A DNA stretch of 63,618 nucleotides, the filler included, from an uncultured Methanosarcinales archaeon (GTDB lineage Archaea; Nanobdellota; Nanobdellia; Woesearchaeales; JACPBV01), in the NCBI GenBank assembly GCA_964492935.1. It is 7 parts of 7 records of this genome, joined end to end, with 100 filler letters (N's around TTAATTAATTAA, not from the genome) between each part and the next. Parts side by side here need not be neighbours in the genome. Positions count along the whole stretch, not along the records: positions 56,512 to 63,618 come from CAZBLF010000041.1; 6 more parts are not named here. One strand, written 5' to 3'. Below the pieces are notes generated by a model that was not told where the DNA came from, ran no database searches, and worked only from the letters and a program-made list of their open reading frames with translations. A program made the translations under genes and the position numbers. Below are positions 56,701 to 63,618 of this stretch, one piece after another (position 1 is the stretch's first letter; each line of letters opens with the position of its first letter).

Positions 56701-57756
56701 ATGAGTAAGGATGTATTTTCTCCAGCTTCTTTTATTGGGGTTGAAGGCGCGGACATTATTTCATTTGGATCGGGACAGCCGGATTTGCCGCCTCCTCAAG
56801 AAGCTTTTTCGTGTTTGCCTACATATCGTTCTTTTAAGTATGGGTTAATAGCTGGATTGCCTAAATTACGTTCTGCATTGGCTGCTGAGAATCCTGGTTT
56901 TTCACAGGATCATTTTGTTATTACGAATGGTGGATCGGAGGCATTGGATTTGGTGTTGCGGTCTGTTGCAAAGCCGGGCGATAAGATTATGATTCATGCT
57001 CCGTATTATTACTCGTATAAACCGTTGATTGAGAAGAATCATTTGGTGCCTGTTATTGTACATACTACAAAGGGTAAGATTAACATGGATGAGTTTTTAT
57101 CTAAGATTGAGGGATGTAAGGCCGTTATCATTAATTCTCCCTCTAATCCTACTGGTCGATTGCAGGATATTGCGGATTTGAAGGTGATTGAAAAAAGGAC
57201 TCAGGAGTTGGGTATTGTTTTGCTCTCGGATGAGGTGTATAAGGATCTTATTTATGAGCGAGAGAATTATGATCTATCGGGTCCGCACGTGGTTACTATT
57301 AATTCTTTTTCTAAAACGTTTGCGATGTGTGGGTTTCGGGTAGGGTATGTTTTTTCTAATGATTTGTCGATTATTGAGAAGATTGTTGCTCTTAAAACAC
57401 ACAGTTCGATGAACACTAATATTTTGGGGCAGGAGATGGCTTATCATGCTATCTGTGCACCGAAATCATATACTTCTGAGCAGGTTTCGATATGGAAAGA
57501 AAGGCGTGATTTGATTTATACTAGGATGCAGGAGATGGGGCTTTCTGTTTGGAAACCTGAAGGTGCGTTTTACATCTTTCCTAAGATAGCTGATTCGCTT
57601 TCGTTTTCTGAAGAATTGTTTAAGAAGCATAAGGTGATTACTTATCCAGGCGATTGGTTTGGACAGCCGGGACATGTTCGGTTCTCGTATGCTCTGGATG
57701 TTGATAAGATTACTCTCGGGTTGAAGCGGGTTAGTGCTTTTCTTGAGTCGCGTTAG
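56701..57756 (+). CDS. PLP-dependent class I/II aminotransferase
   Basis: GQPD, NSPSNPTG, SDEVY, SFSKTFAMCGFRVGY, PEGAFY. Confidence 0.93.
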   Translation: MSKDVFSPASFIGVEGADIISFGSGQPDLPPPQEAFSCLPTYRSFKYGLIAGLPKLRSALAAENPGFSQDHFVITNGGSEALDLVLRSVAKPGDKIMIHAPYYYSYKPLIEKNHLVPVIVHTTKGKINMDEFLSKIEGCKAVIINSPSNPTGRLQDIADLKVIEKRTQELGIVLLSDEVYKDLIYERENYDLSGPHVVTINSFSKTFAMCGFRVGYVFSNDLSIIEKIVALKTHSSMNTNILGQEMAYHAICAPKSYTSEQVSIWKERRDLIYTRMQEMGLSVWKPEGAFYIFPKIADSLSFSEELFKKHKVITYPGDWFGQPGHVRFSYALDVDKITLGLKRVSAFLESR

Positions 57757-58687
57757 TCTTCGCGCGTCTTAATTCTACGGGGTCGATGAAGGTTACGTCT
57801 TCTTGCATTAAGGTTAATTCTTCTTTTGTGGCTCCTTTTGTGGTGAAATAGTGTGCTATCTCTTGGACTAGGGATTCTGGGGCTGAGGCTCCGGCGCTTA
57901 TGCCTACAGTTTGGATGTTTTCTAGCCAGTCTTCTTGGATTTGATTTACATCATCTACTAGGTAGGCTGGTTTTTTTGTTTTCGCGGTTTCTACCAGTCT
58001 TATGGAATTTGAGGAGTTGGTTGAACCTACTACTAACACTAGGTCTACTTTTTGTGCTAATTGTTTGATTGCGTGCTGTCTATTTGTTGTTGCATAGCAG
58101 ATGTCTTCTTTTGGTGGATCGCGGATTTGAGGGTATTTTTGCTTTAGAGCAAGAACAATTTTCTTTGTGTCGTCGATGCTTAGGGTGGTTTGGGTGAGAT
58201 AGATTAATTTTTCTGGGTTTTCGATATTTAGATTTTGTACGTCTTGGATGGTTTCTACTAAGGGGATGTCATTAGGGAGTTCGCCTAGTACGCCAATGCC
58301 TTCTACGTGACCATGATGGCCGATATAGATTATTTTGTAGCCTTGCTTTGCAAAGCGATGCACTTCGAAGTGTACCTTGGTAACTAGTGGGCAAGTCGCA
58401 TCTATTAATTTGAGATTCTTATGTTTAGCTTGCTCGTATTGTTCTGGTGGAGAGCCATGTGCTGAAAATACTACTACTGCATTGTCTGGAATTTCGTTGA
58501 TTGCTTCTATGGTAATTGCTCCTTTTTTTTCTAATGCGTCTACTACGTACTTATTATGGACGATTTGGTGTTTGACGTAGACGGGCTTTCCAAAGAGTTC
58601 TAGGCATTCTTCAACTACTTTGATTGCTCGATCTACTCCTGCGCAGAAGCCGCGAGGTGCAATAAGCATTACTTTTTGGACTGGCAT
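57731..58687 (-). CDS. ispH: 4-hydroxy-3-methylbut-2-enyl diphosphate reductase (MEP pathway)
   Basis: PRGFCAGVDRA, IVHN, SAHG, DATCPLVTKVH, QTTLS, DICYATTNRQ, SSNS, AGASAP. Confidence 0.96.
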   Translation of the reverse strand: MPVQKVMLIAPRGFCAGVDRAIKVVEECLELFGKPVYVKHQIVHNKYVVDALEKKGAITIEAINEIPDNAVVVFSAHGSPPEQYEQAKHKNLKLIDATCPLVTKVHFEVHRFAKQGYKIIYIGHHGHVEGIGVLGELPNDIPLVETIQDVQNLNIENPEKLIYLTQTTLSIDDTKKIVLALKQKYPQIRDPPKEDICYATTNRQHAIKQLAQKVDLVLVVGSTNSSNSIRLVETAKTKKPAYLVDDVNQIQEDWLENIQTVGISAGASAPESLVQEIAHYFTTKGATKEELTLMQEDVTFIDPVELRRAKTNATQEKH

Positions 58688-58761
58688 ACTTTCAGTAAGT
58701 GGTTTTCCTTTTTAATAGTTGCTCAGTAAGGTTTTTAAAACGATTTCTGTTCTTTTCGGGT

Positions 58762-59808
58762 ATGAGTTTTGAATCTCCAATATTGGCTGTGTATTCTGAA
58801 AATGGTATCCCTTCAGGTCCTGAAGATCAGGGTGCAAAAATTCTCAGATATCAAGACGAAGATACTCTTAAGTGGGCCCTTGCCCTCTGCAATATAACTT
58901 TTCATGCTGCGTCTAAAGTGAGTGTTTCTCCGCAGGGGGCTGTCACACTCAGAAAACGGAACCTTGAGGCTTTGGTTGCTTTGGAGTCGCCTGAGATGCA
59001 TCCTAGCGAAGGGAGAGGATACTTACTCACTGAAGATCGTGGATCGGATGGGATCGGTACTCGTTTTGCTTTTCCAGGGAATGTCTCTTCACTCAGTCAA
59101 GAAAGTGGTTTTCCTGTGTTGGAAAAGTATCTGATCACCTTTGATGTTTCTCGCGGCACTATCGAACGGTATGGTGTTTCTCAGGGTTCTGCTCTCACAT
59201 TTCCTAAGGATAAATTCATTTATACTAGCAGTAGCCGTGTCAGTATTCGACAGGGGAGTGGACAGGTGACTAATTTTATGCTCGATGGCTATGCTGCGAT
59301 TGCCCTCTCTGTGCTCTTGAAGAATAAAGGAGATTCATTCTCCAAAGAGGAGCTCAGGTTCATGGGTTCGCCGAGCATAGATTCATTTCGTACGATGCTC
59401 GCCCATCTTCGCCAGGCATTTGAACATTGTGAAGGTTACTCTTGGGATCGTTCTCCTGAACAAGACAGCTATCGTATTTGTAACCCGGGAGATGAGCGTC
59501 CAGCTGAAGTAAGTGGGCCCAGTTACCAGGTTCGTCGAGAGGGGTCTACTGTTACTATCATTGGTGGAAATCATGAGTATACTTGCGATCGTGATTCCCC
59601 TGAAGAGAGGATATTGATATTTTTTGTAGATAATCCGGGGAATCCTGTATCGAGAGAACGCCTTATGGAAATTTCGGGGGCTAATATTCGGATAGCTGGT
59701 AGGGCTATCAAATCTATCCGAGACTGGTGTAGAGATGAGGGTTTCAGAATAAATGACTACTCTCAGGGCCAGTATGGATTCCCCATGAAGATAGAGGATG
59801 TTTCTTAA
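58762..59808 (+). CDS. Hypothetical protein with two probable C-terminal winged-helix domains
   Basis: Repeated LSVLLKNKGDSFSKEEL and LIFFVDNPGNPVSRERL..IKSIR..GQYGF segments, resembling OmpR/PhoB-type DNA-binding domains. Confidence 0.55.
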   Translation: MSFESPILAVYSENGIPSGPEDQGAKILRYQDEDTLKWALALCNITFHAASKVSVSPQGAVTLRKRNLEALVALESPEMHPSEGRGYLLTEDRGSDGIGTRFAFPGNVSSLSQESGFPVLEKYLITFDVSRGTIERYGVSQGSALTFPKDKFIYTSSSRVSIRQGSGQVTNFMLDGYAAIALSVLLKNKGDSFSKEELRFMGSPSIDSFRTMLAHLRQAFEHCEGYSWDRSPEQDSYRICNPGDERPAEVSGPSYQVRREGSTVTIIGGNHEYTCDRDSPEERILIFFVDNPGNPVSRERLMEISGANIRIAGRAIKSIRDWCRDEGFRINDYSQGQYGFPMKIEDVS

Positions 59809-59890
59809 TTGGGATCTCATAGCATTCTTTTTTCGCTCTGCTTGTTCTGAAATAAAAGGTTTTAAGAAGATAGTTGTACTTCAGAGAGGT

Positions 59891-60643
59891 ATGGCTTACG
59901 CTGAGATTACTAGGGAGGGTGCAGTTTCTATTATAACGCTGAATCGCCCTGAGAAATTGAATAGTTTTGATACTGAGTGTATTGCTTCTTTGGAAAAAGC
60001 TATTGCTGAAATCGGGGAGAGTGATGCGCGCGTTGTGATTATTACTGGCAAGGGTAGGGCTTTTTGTGCGGGCGGAGATATTGCCTGGGAGAAGACGCTT
60101 GGTGAGATGGATGCTAGTGAGACTGAGAATGTGATGAGTGGTTTGCAGAGGCTGTTTTGCTCGATTGAGGAATTAAAGCAGCCTGTTATTGCTGCGGTTA
60201 ACGGTCACGCGGTTGGTGGGGGAGCTGAATTAGCTATGGCTTGTGATATTAGAATTGCAAATGATTCTGCTGTTTTTATCCAACCTGAAACTTCGTTAGG
60301 AGTGGTTGCACCGTTAGGTGCTACACAGCGATTGCCACGGTTGGTGGGATTGGGAAGAGCTAAATTGATGTTATACTCTGGCGGTCCGATTGATGGTACC
60401 ACTGCTGCTGAATGGGGATTGATGGATTTGTTGGTAGAGGATGTTATGAACTCTGCTTTGGAGCTTGCGCATGCTATTGCTGAGAAACCGGCTGCAGCGG
60501 TGAGTGCTACTAAGAAGCTGGTGAATAAGCATTATCTTGATGATTTACAGGATGCGGATGAATTGAGGGAGTATGTTAAGAGTGCTCATTCTGAAGAAAA
60601 TAAGAAACGTCTGCAGGCATTTCTTGATAGAAAAAAGAAATAA
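59891..60643 (+). CDS. Enoyl-CoA hydratase/isomerase (crotonase) family protein
   Basis: ITLNRPEKLN, AFCAGGD, AVNGHAVGGGAELAMACD, QPE, GATQRLPRLVG. Confidence 0.93.
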   Translation: MAYAEITREGAVSIITLNRPEKLNSFDTECIASLEKAIAEIGESDARVVIITGKGRAFCAGGDIAWEKTLGEMDASETENVMSGLQRLFCSIEELKQPVIAAVNGHAVGGGAELAMACDIRIANDSAVFIQPETSLGVVAPLGATQRLPRLVGLGRAKLMLYSGGPIDGTTAAEWGLMDLLVEDVMNSALELAHAIAEKPAAAVSATKKLVNKHYLDDLQDADELREYVKSAHSEENKKRLQAFLDRKKK

Positions 60644-60683
60644 CTTGCAAAAGGTTTAAAAGGTTGTTTCTGATTGTTGGAGT

Positions 60684-61208
60684 ATGGTTGCTGATATTGT
60701 TCTCATTGGATTTAAGGGGTCTGGAAAGACGGTTATTGGTAGGATGTTGGCTAAGCGTATGAAAAAGACATTCGTGGATGTGGACGAGGTTATTGAGATT
60801 CTGTATGAACAGCGGACTTCGCAACGGCATACGGTGAGGTCGATTTTTGAGTCAAAGGGAGAGCATTATTTTAGAGAACTTGAACATGAGGCGTTGGTGG
60901 AGGTTGCTACCGGTAAAGAGATGGTGGTGAGTACCGGTGGTGGCGCGGTCATGGATGAGCGGAATAGGGAGATTTTGAAGAAGCTCGGAAGGGTGGTGTA
61001 CTTGGATGTTGATAAAACATTATTATTGGAGAGAAGTATGCAGAAGAGTTTGGCAGCTATTTATGATAAGAAGCACCCTGAGGCGAGTTTTAAGGTGCTG
61101 TATGAACAGCGGAAAGATATTTATACTGCATTAGCGGATATTACGCTAGGCATTACAAACGAGGAAAAGAGCGCAATAGTCGATCAGATTATGGAGAAAG
61201 TGAAATGA
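60684..61208 (+). CDS. aroK: Shikimate kinase, bacterial AroK type
   Basis: IVLIGFKGSGKT, GEHYFRELE, VSTGGG. Confidence 0.9.
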   Translation: MVADIVLIGFKGSGKTVIGRMLAKRMKKTFVDVDEVIEILYEQRTSQRHTVRSIFESKGEHYFRELEHEALVEVATGKEMVVSTGGGAVMDERNREILKKLGRVVYLDVDKTLLLERSMQKSLAAIYDKKHPEASFKVLYEQRKDIYTALADITLGITNEEKSAIVDQIMEKVK

Positions 61209-62260
61209 GCAATAGTTTAGGGGAGCATTTTAGAATTACTACCTTTGGCGAGAGTCATGGCCCTGCCTTAGGGGTGGTGGTGGATGGCGTTACTCCTGGA
61301 TTGAAGATTTCTGTAAAAGAGATTCAGGATCAGCTCGATAGAAGGAAACCGGGACAGAAATTAACGAGTCCGAGGAAGGAAAGTGATCGGGTTGAGGTGT
61401 TAAGTGGGATTTTCGAGGGTAAGACTACGGGTATGCCGATTGCGTTGCTGATTCGTAACAAGGATGCTCATAGTAAGTCGTATGATCATTTGAAGGATCT
61501 TTTTCGACCGGGACATGCTGACTTTACCTATTTGAAGAAATATGGAATTCGCGATCATCGCGGTGGTGGCAGACAGAGCGCAAGAGAAACTGCAAACTGG
61601 GTTGCGGCTGGCGCGATTGCTCGGAAAATTATTGCTCAGCATAAGATTAGGATTGTTGCGTCGGTTGTGGAGATTGCAGGCGTTCATGCTACGGTATATG
61701 ACCCTAAAGAAATTTCAAAAAATGCGGTGAATTGTGGAGATAAGAAAGCTGCGGAAAACATGGTGGCTGCTATTGAAAAAGCTCGCAAGGAGGGAGATTC
61801 TGTGGGCGGTATTATTGAGGTTGTTGCTGAAAACGTGCCGATAGGATTAGGTGAACCGGTCTTTGATAAATTAGATGCGAATCTGGCGAAGGCGTTGATG
61901 AGTATTAACGCGGCGAAAGGTGTTGAAATTGGTTCAGGTTTTGAGGGTGCACGGATGCGAGGGAGTGAACATAACGATCTTTTTGTTAAGAAAGGTGGAA
62001 GAGTTGTTACGAAAACAAACCATGCCGGTGGTATTTTGGGCGGTATTTCGAATGGGATGCCGCTTGTGGCGAGAGTTGCATTTAAGCCTACTTCATCTAT
62101 TACTCAGGAGCAGAATACGGTAACGGTTGCAGGTAAAAAAGCAAAAGTTCGTGTGTTTGGACGGCACGATCCATGTGTTGCTATTAGGGCTGTTCCTATC
62201 GTTGAGGCGATGATGGCGAATGTGTTGGCGGATGCTCTTTTGAGTCAGAATGCGAATTAG
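61205..62260 (+). CDS. aroC: Chorismate synthase
   Basis: TFGESHG, RPGHAD, RGGGRQSARET, GGILGGISNG, GRHDPC. Confidence 0.97.
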   Translation: MSNSLGEHFRITTFGESHGPALGVVVDGVTPGLKISVKEIQDQLDRRKPGQKLTSPRKESDRVEVLSGIFEGKTTGMPIALLIRNKDAHSKSYDHLKDLFRPGHADFTYLKKYGIRDHRGGGRQSARETANWVAAGAIARKIIAQHKIRIVASVVEIAGVHATVYDPKEISKNAVNCGDKKAAENMVAAIEKARKEGDSVGGIIEVVAENVPIGLGEPVFDKLDANLAKALMSINAAKGVEIGSGFEGARMRGSEHNDLFVKKGGRVVTKTNHAGGILGGISNGMPLVARVAFKPTSSITQEQNTVTVAGKKAKVRVFGRHDPCVAIRAVPIVEAMMANVLADALLSQNAN

Positions 62261-62937
62261 TAGAGATATTCTTTATTGCACAGTTCTCCTAGGCGTTTCA
62301 TCATCATTCTAGTAACGTGTTGTATGGTTTCGGGGTCGTCTTTCTTTGCATAATAGCTGCTCAGATCTATGGGCTCTCCAATGTTGACCGTCATCCTATG
62401 AAATCTGGGAATGACTGAATGTTGTGGGGGAAGAATTCTTTCTGAATTGATAATCCCTGCAGGAATTACTTTTACCTTGGTGGAGAGTGCGAGACGTGCT
62501 GCTCCAGTTTTTGCTTTTAGGAGTTGTTTACGATCTTCATTTAGTAATCCCTCGGGAAAGATAATTAGGCATTGACCTTTATTCAGACTTTCAACACACT
62601 TCTCCATTGCGCCGTCTTTAAAGATAGTTATGGGCTCGAAAAAAAGTCTGCAGAAGCTGAAGAGTACCTTGTAGACTAGATTGAAGTATGCTTTCTTTCT
62701 GGAGAGAACAAATCTGACTATGACACTTGTTCGTTTGTTGATGGGGAGATTTCTCTTGAACTTTATTTGTGCCTTCGAATATATTCCGAGCGGTAGAGCC
62801 GAGCAAAAGAAATCTGCCGCGCTATTATGATTGGTCAGTAAGATATACCCTTCATTGATGGGGAAATTTTCTATTCCGGTAACTTTCTTGATGTACAGAT
62901 TCGCCAATAATTTTATTAGATGAAATCGTACTTGCAT
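62257..62937 (-). CDS. plsC: 1-acyl-sn-glycerol-3-phosphate acyltransferase family protein (copy 2)
   Basis: NHNSAAD (HX4D), IFPEG, KTGAARLA, VIPAGI. Confidence 0.85.
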   Translation of the reverse strand: MQVRFHLIKLLANLYIKKVTGIENFPINEGYILLTNHNSAADFFCSALPLGIYSKAQIKFKRNLPINKRTSVIVRFVLSRKKAYFNLVYKVLFSFCRLFFEPITIFKDGAMEKCVESLNKGQCLIIFPEGLLNEDRKQLLKAKTGAARLALSTKVKVIPAGIINSERILPPQHSVIPRFHRMTVNIGEPIDLSSYYAKKDDPETIQHVTRMMMKRLGELCNKEYLY

Positions 62938-62938
62938 T

Positions 62939-63583
62939 TTAGTGGTGCTTGGTGTAGCTATACTTCGCTCCAAGAAGATCTGCGATATGTTCCATTATGT
63001 TTGTGGTAACATGCTCTAATGTCTCGTAATCGTCCCGCTTTTTTGAGTATTTGTTGAAATTGAGTGGAGCCCCTATCTTAATGGTGATTCTCCTTCTTAA
63101 TTTGGGGAATGGTCGCTCTTTAGACCAGATTTCTCTTGTTCCCTTAATTCCTACGGGAACTACGGGAACTCGCCCATTGAGTACTAGTCGCGCTACCCCT
63201 GTTTTTCCGCGCATCAGTTTCTTTTTCCTGCTAGGGATACCTTCTGGAAAGATGCAGACCATGTGGCCCCCCTCCAATTTCCGGATTGCTGGCTTGATGT
63301 AGCTTCCTCGTACGCCTCGTTTTAGGCGTATGCTTCCTCCGAATTCACTGAAGAGGGTCGTTGTAAGGAAATCAAGAGCAAAAAACATGGCGGAAATCAC
63401 ATAGCATTTTCTTCGTTTTGCACGCCGCTTAAACGCGCTGAGAATGACAAAAATATCGATGAAACTCATATGATTGGCAGCGATGATAAAGGGTCCTTTT
63501 TTTGGGATGTTGTCTAGTCCTTCAACGCGCTTAATCAGGAGGTGGAGTAGGGGCATTACTAACGAGCCAATGTGAAAGACCAT
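62939..63583 (-). CDS. plsC: 1-acyl-sn-glycerol-3-phosphate acyltransferase family protein (copy 1)
   Basis: ANHMSFID (HX4D), IFPEG, KTGVARL, VPVVPVGI. Confidence 0.88.
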   Translation of the reverse strand: MVFHIGSLVMPLLHLLIKRVEGLDNIPKKGPFIIAANHMSFIDIFVILSAFKRRAKRRKCYVISAMFFALDFLTTTLFSEFGGSIRLKRGVRGSYIKPAIRKLEGGHMVCIFPEGIPSRKKKLMRGKTGVARLVLNGRVPVVPVGIKGTREIWSKERPFPKLRRRITIKIGAPLNFNKYSKKRDDYETLEHVTTNIMEHIADLLGAKYSYTKHH

Positions 63584-63618
63584 GGGGTTACAAGTAGATA
63601 GTTGTTTTTATGTGTTCG

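Overview
This window is a concatenation of seven contig/scaffold pieces from an archaeal metagenome-assembled genome. They are joined by artificial 100-nt N44-TTAATTAATTAA-N44 linkers, and there is one plain 100-N scaffold gap. The gene set and the TATA-led, often leaderless genes point to a DPANN archaeon, most likely Woesearchaeota; this is an inference. Archaeal core genes include RFC-S, pelota, AglB, FtsZ, aIF2beta, thermosome, RpoL, GluRS, ATP-dependent DNA ligase and a histone-fold protein. There are unusually many metabolic genes, several of bacterial type: leuA/B, aroK/C, ispH, tpiA, mdh, fumC/aspA, acs, two plsC and a GT9. The strongest unexplained signal is a family of three dispersed 107-134-nt structured non-coding elements (17196-17313, 41656-41789, 51324-51430). 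They share a covarying long hairpin, a conserved AC bulge and a CC(C/G)GxxGGxxCAACCCC apical segment, and one copy is flanked by a 10-bp direct repeat. Also notable: a ~7.4-kb co-oriented cluster of four paralogous Cys-containing lipoproteins, a polytopic membrane protein and a pilin-signal protein (candidate surface/attachment apparatus); a tRNA-Arg(GCG) with a 15-nt D-loop BHB intron; and an unannotated eL40-like peptide. No CRISPR array or rRNA was seen.
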